Virus record (IMG/VR): IMGVR_UViG_3300037488_001841
Span: 11,555-75,554 of that record
Strand: one strand, 5' to 3'
Source: a virus
DNA length: 64,000 nt
The position numbers and the translations under genes are program-made. This document shows positions 9,721-19,900 of the stretch, one piece after another. Each line of letters starts with the position of its first letter. Position 1 is the stretch's first letter. The notes beneath the pieces were generated by a model. That model saw only the letters and a list, made by a program, of their open reading frames with translations, ran no database searches and was not told the origin of the DNA.

Positions 9721-11112
9721 ATGGCGACAAACAAAAATTTTGAGTATTTGGGTAACGTATTCCAATTACAATTATTAAATCAAATGGTCCTAGACAAGGA
9801 CTTTTCACACTCAATTATTGATGTGATAGAGAACAATTATTTTGAGAATAAATATTTTAAAATAATTGTACAAATGATAAGAGAGTATTATACAAAATAC
9901 AATCACACACCATCATTTGAAACATTAGAACAGATTACAAAATCTGAATTACAACAAGAAATTGCGTCTAAAGTTGTATTAGACACAATTAAGAAAATCA
10001 AGGATGCACCTATCGACGGAGTGGATTTTGTACAAGAAAAGGCATTAAAGTTCTGTAAACAACAAGAGTTACAGAAAGTAATGGGTAAGGCACAAAAGAT
10101 CATTGACGGTGGTGAATTTGAGAACTACGATGCCCTTGAAGAGATGGTCAGAGGAGCATTACAAGTTGGAGAAAAAGATACAAGTATTTTGGATGTTTTC
10201 TCCAACATGGATCAGGTGTTAGACGACGATTACAGACATCCAATTCCAATGGGAATACCTGGTATTGACCGATTAATGAAAGGTGGTTTGGCTAAAGGAG
10301 AGATCGGTGTGATTTTAGCACCAACAGGGGTTGGTAAATCAACTGTCTTAACTAAAATTGCTAACCACGCATTTAACTTAGGATTTAACGTATTACAAAT
10401 CTTTTTTGAGGATAACCCAAAGGTAATTCAGAGAAAACATTACACCCTTTGGACTAAGATACATCCTGACGAATTGTCAGAAAAAAGAGATGTGGTTATC
10501 CAAAAAGTTAAAGAGATTGAGGAAACCATGAGTAATAAGTTAATTATGAAAAAATTACCATCCGATACTGTAACAATGTTACAAATTAAGAATCAAATTA
10601 GAAAGATGATTGCGGATGGTTTGAAGGTTGATATGGTTTTACTTGATTACATTGACTGTGTTGTTCCTGATAAGAACTTGGGGGATGAATGGAAGAGTGA
10701 AGGATCTGTAATGAGAGGTTTTGAAGCGATGTGTCACGAACTTAATTTAGTTGGATGGACAGCAACACAAGGAAATAGAAGTTCTATATCTTCTGAGGTT
10801 GTTACCACTGACCAAATGGGTGGATCTATTAAGAAGGCACAAGTTGGGCACGTTATCATTACCGTTGCTAAGACATTACAACAAAAAGAAATGAAATTAG
10901 CAACTATTGCCATCACTAAATCAAGAATAGGTGATGATGGAATTGTCTTTGAAAATTGTAAATTTGATAATGCGATGATTGATATTGACACTGAAAGTTC
11001 AATGACATTCTTAGGATTAGAGGAAAAACAAGAAGAAAGACAAAGACAAAGAGTTAGAGAATTGTTGGAAAAAAGACAACAAAAACAAAAAGACGAAACA
11101 AAAAACAATTAA
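9721..11112 (+). CDS. dnaB: Replicative DnaB-family (gp41-like) helicase
   Basis: APTGVGKS Walker A, LLDYID Walker B, WTATQGNR, KSRIG. Confidence 0.9.
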   Translation: MATNKNFEYLGNVFQLQLLNQMVLDKDFSHSIIDVIENNYFENKYFKIIVQMIREYYTKYNHTPSFETLEQITKSELQQEIASKVVLDTIKKIKDAPIDGVDFVQEKALKFCKQQELQKVMGKAQKIIDGGEFENYDALEEMVRGALQVGEKDTSILDVFSNMDQVLDDDYRHPIPMGIPGIDRLMKGGLAKGEIGVILAPTGVGKSTVLTKIANHAFNLGFNVLQIFFEDNPKVIQRKHYTLWTKIHPDELSEKRDVVIQKVKEIEETMSNKLIMKKLPSDTVTMLQIKNQIRKMIADGLKVDMVLLDYIDCVVPDKNLGDEWKSEGSVMRGFEAMCHELNLVGWTATQGNRSSISSEVVTTDQMGGSIKKAQVGHVIITVAKTLQQKEMKLATIAITKSRIGDDGIVFENCKFDNAMIDIDTESSMTFLGLEEKQEERQRQRVRELLEKRQQKQKDETKNN

Positions 11113-11127
11113 AAAAAATTAAAGAAA

Positions 11128-12075
11128 ATGGAAAAAATATTAGTTGAAAATCCTAATAGGTTTGTCATCTTCCCAATTGAACACAATGATATTTGGGAAT
11201 ATTACAAAATGCATCAAGCTGCTTTTTGGACGGCTGAGGAGGTTGATTTAACGAATGATATTCGTGACTGGGAAAAATTGACGGATAATGAAAAATTCTT
11301 TGTGAAGAACGTATTATCGTTTTTTGCGGCTTCTGATGGAATTGTTAATGAGAATTTGGCGGAAAACTTTTACCGAGAGGTTCAGTATCCTGAAGCGAAA
11401 TTCTTTTATGGGTTCCAATTAGCGATGGAGAATATTCACTCGTTAATGTACTCATTATTGATTGATACTTACATTAGTGACCCAAAAGAGAAAGATGAGT
11501 GTTTTAATGCGATTGAGAACTTACCGGCAGTTAAGAAGAAAGCGACTTGGGCATTAAATTGGATAGATAATTCATCATTCCAAGAAAGATTAGTGGCGTT
11601 TGCGGCAGTTGAAGGGATCTTCTTTTCAGGGTCATTTTGTTCTATCTTTTGGATGAAATCAAGAGGGATCATGCAAGGATTATGTAACGCTAATTCACTA
11701 ATATTTAAAGATGAAAATTTACATTGTGATTTTGCCATCCATTTATTGAATAATCATTGTGATGAAAAACCGTCTGAAAAAAGAATTAAAGAAATTTTGT
11801 TATCCGCTTTGGAGATTGAAAAAGAATTCATTACTGAATCATTACCTGTTTCATTAATTGGAATGAATTCAAACCTAATGAAACAATACTTAGAGTTTGT
11901 TGTTGATGGATTACTTCTTAAGTTTGGATGTAGTAAAGAATTTAATGTTGAACAACCATTTAAGTTCATGGAACAAATTGCGGTTGAAACAAAAGGTAAT
12001 TTCTTTGAATCCAGAACAATGGAATATCAAAAGGCGAAATTAAATGAAACAATTACATTTGAAGAAGATTTTTAA
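11128..12075 (+). CDS. nrdB: Ribonucleotide reductase class Ia beta subunit
   Basis: [30 protein letters not shown] (radical Tyr), [21 protein letters not shown]. Confidence 0.97.
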   Translation: MEKILVENPNRFVIFPIEHNDIWEYYKMHQAAFWTAEEVDLTNDIRDWEKLTDNEKFFVKNVLSFFAASDGIVNENLAENFYREVQYPEAKFFYGFQLAMENIHSLMYSLLIDTYISDPKEKDECFNAIENLPAVKKKATWALNWIDNSSFQERLVAFAAVEGIFFSGSFCSIFWMKSRGIMQGLCNANSLIFKDENLHCDFAIHLLNNHCDEKPSEKRIKEILLSALEIEKEFITESLPVSLIGMNSNLMKQYLEFVVDGLLLKFGCSKEFNVEQPFKFMEQIAVETKGNFFESRTMEYQKAKLNETITFEEDF

Positions 12076-12086
12076 ATAAAAAATAT

Positions 12087-14519
12087 ATGATGTCACTTAA
12101 AATACTTAAAAGAGATGGGGATAATGTATCATTTAACCCACAAAAAATTTACAATCGTGTAAAACGATCAGCAAAAGGTCTGAACGTAAATTCAGATGAG
12201 ATTTTTATTAAAGTTATTACTTCAGTACCTACTGAAGGTGAAATAACAACAAAAGAATTGGATAAACTTGTATATGAGATTGCCGCTTCATATACCGGTA
12301 GTCACCATGATTACTCAAGATTAGCATCTTCAGTTGCTATCTCATCATATCATAAAGAAACAAACCCTAGTTTTTCTGAAACTATGATGTTACTTTATAG
12401 TGATGATATCATTAATGAAAAATTAATTGAAACCATTAAAGAGTATGGTGAAGATAGTATTGATGCGGTTATTAATCACGATAATGATTATAATTTTGAT
12501 TATTTCGCTTGGAGATCACTACAAGAAATGTATCTTTTAAAGAGACCTAATGGTGTTACGGTTGAAAGACCACAACATATGTATATGAGAATAGCATTGT
12601 GGGTTACAGATACGTTTGTTGAAGCGGTAGAGTATTACAAATCACTATCAAATCAACTTATATCTAAAGCAACTCCGATTATGATTAATTCTGGTACAAA
12701 AGTACCTCAATTAGCATCTTGTGTATTACACTATAATAACTCTGACTCAAGAAAAGGGTTGTTAGATACTTTAACGGACATTTCAACGTTCTCATCTGAT
12801 GCGGCAGGTATTGGTTTATCTATGTCAAACATTAGAAGTAAAGAAAGTAGAATTTCAAGTTCAGGTGGATATGCTGGTGGTTTGTTAAAATACCTTAAAA
12901 TTGTTAACGAATCATTACGTTTCTTTAATCAACAAGGTCGTAGACCTGGATCGGCAGCGATTTATCTTGAGCCTTGGCACAAAGATATAATAGATCTATT
13001 AGACATTAAAAAGAACACCGGTGCGGAAGAATTGAGAGCACGTGATTTATTTACAGCGCTTTGGTTACCCGATAACTTCATGAAAGCGGTTAAAGATAAT
13101 ACTGATTGGTATTTGTTCTGTCCTAATGATATTAGTAAGGCAGGTTTAAAACCACTACAAGAATGTTATGGTGATGAATACGAGCAGATGTATGATAAAG
13201 CGGTACAAATGGGGTTAGGTAAAAAAGTTTCAGCACAAACAATTTGGACTAAAATTATTGAATCACAAGTTGAAACTGGTGTTCCATATTTATGTTCTAA
13301 AGATAGTGCTAACAGAAAAACAAACCATCAGAACATCGGAGTAATCAAACAATCAAACCTTTGTAATGAGATTTACCAATACACAGATGAGGAAACAACT
13401 GCGATCTGTACGTTATCTTCAATCGTATTAAAAAACTTTGTTAAAAGTAATAAATTTGATTTTCAATTGTTATTTGAGGAAGTTAGAAAAGTCGTTAGAA
13501 CTTTGAATAAAGTTGTTGATATTAATAACTACTCAACACAAAAAGGATTAAAAGGTGGGCTAGAACAAAGAGCAATTGCTGTAGGTACTCAAGGATTAGC
13601 AGATGTGTTTTATTTACTTGATTTAATCTTTACTGAAGAAGAGGCAAAAACTTTAAACAAACAAATTTTTGAGACCATTTATTATGGGGCGATTTACGAA
13701 AGTAATGATTTGTGTAAAAAAGGTAAGTACAAACCATATAAATTCTTTAAGGGATCGCCAATGTCAAAAGGAGTTTTCCAATACGATATGTGGGGGTTAA
13801 CTGAAAATGATTTATCGGGATATTGGGATTGGAATAAATTAAAGAATGATGTTAGTGAATATGGGGTATGTAATTCATTATTTACGGCACAAATGCCTGT
13901 TGCTTCTTCCGCTAAAATCACAGGATCATTTGAAATGACTGAACCGGCTCACTCGGCTTTATTTAATAGACGTGTGGTTGGGGGTGAGATTATGATTGTA
14001 AACAAATATCTAATCGCTGACTTTGAGAAAATTGGAATATGGTCTGAGGACTTAAAGAATGAGATCATCATGAATGAAGGTTCTATTCAAAACATCAATT
14101 TTAATAATTATTTAGATCCTGAGGATAAGAATTACAATAAGAAAGTGAAACGAATTGAACATTTAATCCCTAAATACAAAACAATTTGGGAGATTTCACA
14201 AAAACAACTTATTGATATGGCGGCAGATAGAGCACCATTTATTGATCAATCACAATCAATGAATATCTATATGTCAAACCCAACATTATCAAAAATTACC
14301 TCATCACACTTCCATTCATGGGAAAAAGGATTGAAAACTTTATGTTATTATGTTAGAACTAAGGCAATCTCAACAGGAGCAAAACACTTGGCGTTGGATA
14401 TGACTAAAAGAGATAAACCAAAAGTTACACCAGAACCACCAAAAGTTGATTATACAAATATGAACTTACCACCAAAACCTGATAGTTCAGAGTTTGAGTG
14501 TTTTGGATGTTCATCGTAA
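12087..14519 (+). CDS. nrdA: Ribonucleotide reductase class Ia alpha subunit with ATP cone
   Basis: KRDG ATP cone, ERPQHMYMR, QLASC, SNLCNEI, CTLSS, KTLCYY.RT, C-terminal CFGCSS. Confidence 0.97.
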   Translation: MMSLKILKRDGDNVSFNPQKIYNRVKRSAKGLNVNSDEIFIKVITSVPTEGEITTKELDKLVYEIAASYTGSHHDYSRLASSVAISSYHKETNPSFSETMMLLYSDDIINEKLIETIKEYGEDSIDAVINHDNDYNFDYFAWRSLQEMYLLKRPNGVTVERPQHMYMRIALWVTDTFVEAVEYYKSLSNQLISKATPIMINSGTKVPQLASCVLHYNNSDSRKGLLDTLTDISTFSSDAAGIGLSMSNIRSKESRISSSGGYAGGLLKYLKIVNESLRFFNQQGRRPGSAAIYLEPWHKDIIDLLDIKKNTGAEELRARDLFTALWLPDNFMKAVKDNTDWYLFCPNDISKAGLKPLQECYGDEYEQMYDKAVQMGLGKKVSAQTIWTKIIESQVETGVPYLCSKDSANRKTNHQNIGVIKQSNLCNEIYQYTDEETTAICTLSSIVLKNFVKSNKFDFQLLFEEVRKVVRTLNKVVDINNYSTQKGLKGGLEQRAIAVGTQGLADVFYLLDLIFTEEEAKTLNKQIFETIYYGAIYESNDLCKKGKYKPYKFFKGSPMSKGVFQYDMWGLTENDLSGYWDWNKLKNDVSEYGVCNSLFTAQMPVASSAKITGSFEMTEPAHSALFNRRVVGGEIMIVNKYLIADFEKIGIWSEDLKNEIIMNEGSIQNINFNNYLDPEDKNYNKKVKRIEHLIPKYKTIWEISQKQLIDMAADRAPFIDQSQSMNIYMSNPTLSKITSSHFHSWEKGLKTLCYYVRTKAISTGAKHLALDMTKRDKPKVTPEPPKVDYTNMNLPPKPDSSEFECFGCSS

Positions 14520-14541
14520 GATGGATCGCGTATCATCAGAG

Positions 14542-14570
14542 AATCCCGGCTAAGTCGGGATTTTTTATTT
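14542..14570 (+). terminator. Rho-independent terminator ending replication block
   Basis: aatcccggc-taa-gtcgggatt followed by a T-rich tail. Confidence 0.85.
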
Positions 14571-14603
14571 TCTAATGTATTTATTCAAAAATTATTGAGA
14601 GTA

Positions 14604-14610
14604 TATTTAT
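14604..14610 (+). promoter_or_regulatory. TATTTAT motif (second copy at 14578-14584) heading baseplate operon
   Basis: Two copies between the terminator and ATG 14616. Confidence 0.55.
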
Positions 14611-14615
14611 TGAAT

Positions 14616-15074
14616 ATGGCAAATGGAATAACATATGGTTTAACTTTCCCGTTTAGAGATTCATTCGTTGGTAGATATTTGGATACTTCTAATGATACTG
14701 ATGAGGAAATAAGAAGTAATCTTGTGCACTTATTATTAAGTAAAAAGGGAACAAGGTATTTTTTACCTGATTTTGGATCAAGATTATATGAATATATCTT
14801 TGAACCATTGGATGGCCCAACATTTAGTGAAATTGAAAGTGAGATAAGGGATTCGGTTGGTAAATATATGCCAGGTATCCTGATTACTAACATTAAGATC
14901 ACAGACGCTTCAATGGGGGATGAAAATCAAGGAACTTATATAAACCAATATGGTGAGAAAGAATTTACAGTTCCAAACATTGCTCAATTAGAACACACGG
15001 CAAAAGTAAGAATTGATTATAGAAACACTAATAATGCTTTCAATTCAAGCGATTTTGTAATTATCAATATTTAA
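14616..15074 (+). CDS. Baseplate wedge subunit, gp25/GPW-like
   Basis: IRSNLVHLLLSKKGTRYFLPDFGSRLYEYIFEP is the gp25 family signature; start ATG 14616. Confidence 0.9.
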   Translation: MANGITYGLTFPFRDSFVGRYLDTSNDTDEEIRSNLVHLLLSKKGTRYFLPDFGSRLYEYIFEPLDGPTFSEIESEIRDSVGKYMPGILITNIKITDASMGDENQGTYINQYGEKEFTVPNIAQLEHTAKVRIDYRNTNNAFNSSDFVIINI

Positions 15075-15080
15075 TAGTAT

Positions 15081-16919
15081 ATGGCGAATAAAAAAATATC
15101 GTACACAACGAGAGATTTTGCGGGAATAAGAACTGAACTTATTAATTTTACAAGAACTTATTACCCTGACCTTGTTCAGAATTTTAATGATGCTGGGGTA
15201 TTCTCGGTATTATTAGATTTAAATGCTGCGGTAACAGACAACTTACAGTTTCAAATTGATAGAAGTATTCAAGAAACTGTTTTACAATACGCTCAACAAA
15301 AATCATCAATTTATAATATTGCAAGAACATATGGTTTAAAAATCCCCGGATCAAGACCATCTGTCGCTTTAGTTGATTTTTCTATTACTGTTCCTGCTTT
15401 TGGGGATAAGGAAGATTTAAGATACTGTGGTATTTTAAGACGAGGATCTCAAGTAAATGGTGCAGGACAACCATTTGAAACTGTTTATGATATTGACTTT
15501 GCTTCCCCAACAAATGCGGAAGGGTCTCCAAATAGATTAAAAGTTCCAAATTTTGATTCTAATAATAATTTAATTAATTATACGATTACAAAAAGAGAAG
15601 TTGTTGTTAATGGTATAACGAAAGTTTTTAAAAGAGTAATCACCCCAAATGATGTTAAACCATTCTTTGAATTATTTTTACCTGAAAAAAATGTTTTAGG
15701 TATTACAAGTGTTTTACTTAAAGATGGGACACAATACACTTCGCCGCCTTCGGCTCAAGAATTTTTGGGATTAGAGAATAGATGGTATGAAGTACAAGCG
15801 TTAGCAGAAGACAGGGTTTTTATTGAAGACCCAACTAAACCGTCTGATCAGCCCGGTATTAAGGTTGGTAAATATATTGTAACAAATACAAAATTTATTA
15901 GTGAGTTTACACCTGAAGGATTTTGTAAATTAACCTTCGGTGGGGGAAATGTGTCTGCTGAAGAACAATTAAGAGAATTTGCGAGAGACGGTGTAGGGTT
16001 TGACTTAAACAAATATGTAAATAATTTTGCTTTGGGTAGTGCGTTGAAATCAAATTCAACTTTATTCGTACAATATAGAGTCGGTGGAGGTCAAGCAACA
16101 AACTTGGGGGTTAATATAATTACTCAAATAGGTACGGTGTCATTTTTTGTTAATGGACCATCAGAGTCCGTTAATTCGACGGTAGTAAATTCACTTAGAG
16201 TAAATAACGTAACTGCGGCGATTGGAGGATCTAATCCGCCAACAACAGAAGAAGTAAGGCAATATGTGACTTATAATTTTGCCGCACAAAATAGAGCCGT
16301 TACCATTAATGATTATGAGTCAGCATTAAGAACAATGCCTTCTCAATTCGGAGCACCTGGTAAAGTTTCTATTGTTGAGGAAAATAATAAAGTTAAGATT
16401 AAAATGTTATCTTACGACACTAGTGGTAATTTAACGGAGGTAGTTTCAAACACACTTAAGAATAATGTTGCTAATTATTTGTCAAATTATAGAATGATTA
16501 ACGATTACATATCGGTTGAAACTGCAAATGTAATTGATTTAGCGATTGATGTTGATGTTATTTTGGATTCAAGTCAAAATCAAGGATCTATTGTCGCTAA
16601 GATAATTAATATTATAACCGCTTATTTTAGTCCGGCGGTTAGAGGGTTAGGCCAAAACGTTTATGTGTCTGAAATAAGACGATTAATACAAAGTGAAAAT
16701 GGGGTAATATCTATTTCAGATATTTTTGTTTATAATAAGGTTGGGGGACAGTATTCATCATCCCAAACATCACAACCATATGAGGACCCCTCAACAAAAC
16801 AAATCAAATTAGTTGCTGATACGGTATTTGCGGAACCAACCCAAATATATCAAATTAGGTATCCAAATAAGGATATTACGGTTAATGTTCTTAACTTCAG
16901 AACGATTAATTTCTCCTGA
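15081..16919 (+). CDS. Baseplate wedge protein, T4 gp6/baseplate J-like
   Basis: YTTRDF..IR..L, YRVGGG...N, AIGGS.P.T.EEVR, AQNRAVTINDY. Confidence 0.88.
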   Translation: MANKKISYTTRDFAGIRTELINFTRTYYPDLVQNFNDAGVFSVLLDLNAAVTDNLQFQIDRSIQETVLQYAQQKSSIYNIARTYGLKIPGSRPSVALVDFSITVPAFGDKEDLRYCGILRRGSQVNGAGQPFETVYDIDFASPTNAEGSPNRLKVPNFDSNNNLINYTITKREVVVNGITKVFKRVITPNDVKPFFELFLPEKNVLGITSVLLKDGTQYTSPPSAQEFLGLENRWYEVQALAEDRVFIEDPTKPSDQPGIKVGKYIVTNTKFISEFTPEGFCKLTFGGGNVSAEEQLREFARDGVGFDLNKYVNNFALGSALKSNSTLFVQYRVGGGQATNLGVNIITQIGTVSFFVNGPSESVNSTVVNSLRVNNVTAAIGGSNPPTTEEVRQYVTYNFAAQNRAVTINDYESALRTMPSQFGAPGKVSIVEENNKVKIKMLSYDTSGNLTEVVSNTLKNNVANYLSNYRMINDYISVETANVIDLAIDVDVILDSSQNQGSIVAKIINIITAYFSPAVRGLGQNVYVSEIRRLIQSENGVISISDIFVYNKVGGQYSSSQTSQPYEDPSTKQIKLVADTVFAEPTQIYQIRYPNKDITVNVLNFRTINFS

Positions 16920-16969
16920 TAATTTATTTTTCAAATAAAAGAATTATTTTTTGAAAATAGGAAATAAAC

Positions 16970-16976
16970 TATTTAT
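16970..16976 (+). promoter_or_regulatory. TATTTAT motif, putative late promoter
   Basis: 16 nt before ATG 16993. Confidence 0.55.
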
Positions 16977-16992
16977 CAAGAAAGAATAAATA

Positions 16993-19900
16993 ATGCCAAA
17001 ATCATATAGAATACGTACAACACCTGGTACTGAGAAGACAATTAATATTCAATTAGAACAGGATTTTGAATTCTTGGAGATATTATCGCTAAAGATTAAT
17101 CAGGGAGACATCTATAATAGAATGTGTTCTGATTATGGTGTTATTATTGGCAGGGTGTTGGTTAACAACGGATACGGAGTTCCAAATGCTAGAGTTTCGG
17201 TTTTTATACCAATCGATGACATTGACATTGACAACCCAATAATCTCTGAACTTTATCCATATCGAACATTATCAGATGTGAGTGAGGATGGATATAGGTA
17301 TAATTTATTACCAAAAGAACCATCATATACTGGTCATGCGGCAACAGGGACTTTCCCAAATAAAGAAGAAATATTAATTGATCAGTCATATGTTGAGGTT
17401 TATGACAAATATTATAGATTCTCTGTAAGAACAAATGATAGTGGTGACTACATGATATTTGGTGTTCCAACAGGAACCCAAACAATATTGATGGATGTTG
17501 ATTTATCGGATATTGGTTGTTTTTCACTTTCACCACAAGATTTAATTGATTCGGGAGTTGCGGTTGAGTCACAAGTTAATGGGTCTAAATTTAAAACATC
17601 CACTAATCTTAGTGAATTACCTCAAATTGTGACATTAAATAAGATAATTGAAGTTGCGCCGTTATGGGGTGAACCTGAGATATGTTTATTGGGTATCACT
17701 AGAGCTGATTTTGATTTAACGTCAAGCGCGAATATTACCATAAAACCTAATGCGGTATTTATGGGTTCATTAATATCAACTACAGATGATGATGCTGTTA
17801 GAGCAATAACTTGTATGCCAAAAAATGATACGGGTAATTTATGTGAGTTAATTTCGGGTCCTGGTCAAATACTAACAATTAGACAAACTATAAATGTTGA
17901 TCAAGATGGGAGACCAATTCTTGAAACACATGAATTAGATGAGGATGGTAAAGTCATTGATGCTGATGGAGCATTTTTAATAAATGTTCCGATGAACTTA
18001 AATTATATTGTGACGAATGAATTTGGCGAACAAGTTTTATCTAATGACCCTAAAAAAGGTATACCAACTAAAGGTAAATATAGATTTAAATTTAAGTGGC
18101 AAAATGAACAGGGGTTACAAAACCCATTTTTAAGGGGTCATTATTTGGTTCCTAACATAAAAGAACACGGGTGGGTAACTTCAGTTATAGATCCGTTAAT
18201 AAACTATCCTACAACACAATATCAATTTACATTACCAGGGGGTACCTTTACTACAACAGTTACATTAAATAACACCTCAACAGGTGGGTTAGTTTTAGAC
18301 AACAAGATTAATGTTGAAAGTTTTACCGTTTTATTAAATGGTATTCCTTATTTTGGTGACTTAGAAAGTATTCCAATAACAGTTATACCGACAACTATTA
18401 CGATAAATGTTGTACCTATTAACCCTGGTACTTTAACTCAATTTAATTATACATTCTACCAACAACCGACATTTGATGCTTTAAGATCATATGCGTTTAG
18501 TTTAGATTGGAATGATTACGGTGACAATACAACTGTTGTTGGTCAACAAATGATACAAGAAGCAATTGATTGTGAGGATAAATTTTATGAGTTTAATTAC
18601 AATAAAGTTTACACCACCTCAATGTTTTTGGATCGTTATAAAAAAGGTGCGGGTAGGGCAAAACATTTGGGTATTAAAGAAATTGACGATAGAACTTGTA
18701 AATCTACAGTTAATACATTTCCTGTTAATGATATCATCCGAAATTTTGATTTTATATTTTTTGTATTTAATTTATTAATCAATATCCTTGCAATACCAAT
18801 ATTGGTTATATTATTTGTTGCTCACTTTATTGCATTTATTTGGCCTGTTTTAAAATATTTATTAATTGTTTTAGGTGTTTATTTTGCTTATCAGGCAATA
18901 TCAGATGGGGTTGAATTAACAAACTGGATTATTTCGGCAACTTCTACCGTATCTGTTCCTGGCGGACCTGTATTTAGTGCGGGTCTTATATTACAAATTG
19001 CTTTGTATTATGCAAAACTTCTTTTTAAACTAGGGTTATCATTAGCGTTTATTGCATTTACCGTAAAATACCTAATAAAAATAACTAATTTCCCAAGAAT
19101 AGGATTACCTATGATGTCGTATCCTGAATGTACAAGTTGTGATTGTGATTGTGGTAATGCGGAATTAGATGATGATATTGATGAGAATACAGTTAATGCA
19201 AGTATAGAAGAACAACAAAATGGTTTAGACGACAGTGGAATACAATATGCTCAATCAACATCTTTTATAGCTCCTCTTAACTTAACCTCGTCTTATGATG
19301 TTAATCACCCTAATTTAAATAACTTTCCTGGTGAAGATAGTGATGATAATGACAAAGGTTATTTTTTCGCGGGAGCATCTCTCTCAACAAACAAACAATA
19401 TAAATCACTTATTAATAGAGTTGTAGATGATCAAGTAGGTGGAGATGTTATTATAGATGCGATTTTTGATTTTAAACGATTATTTTCTGGATTTGATATT
19501 TTATCAAGTACGACTGACCCTAATGCATTTAATAAGTTTCACGCACCACAACCATTCTTATTTGCTGCGGAAAAAACCAATGGTGCGGACGATAGATGGT
19601 TTGGACATCCGTTAAGTGAGACATATCCTCAAAAATTAAATGAATTTAATACTAGAGATAAATATTTTGGTAATATTGGTGTTGGAGGTGGAGGTTCAAA
19701 TATAATACGAACTACGGTAAACCCTCAATTAAGTGTTGCCCCATATAACTTAGGTACCCAACCAACATTTACCGATCAAATTGTTGTTGTTTTAGCAAAT
19801 GCGGGAACTGCGCAAACATTAGGTATTGGTGAATTAGTAACATTCCAAGACCCTAATTTTAATAACGGACAGGTAATATCAAGAAAAATAAATTTAACAG

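Noticed and set aside
7191-14519. Introns/inteins in recA, helicase, nrdA/nrdB
   Set aside because: All are contiguous and of normal length, with no intein or homing-endonuclease motifs.
11128-14519. Eukaryotic-virus (NCLDV) origin suggested by eukaryote-like RNR, DnaJ and plant-like GT
   Set aside because: The sigma-70 factor, gp25/gp6 baseplate, DnaB/DnaG, operons and intrinsic terminators indicate a bacteriophage; this RNR subclass also occurs in Bacteroidota.
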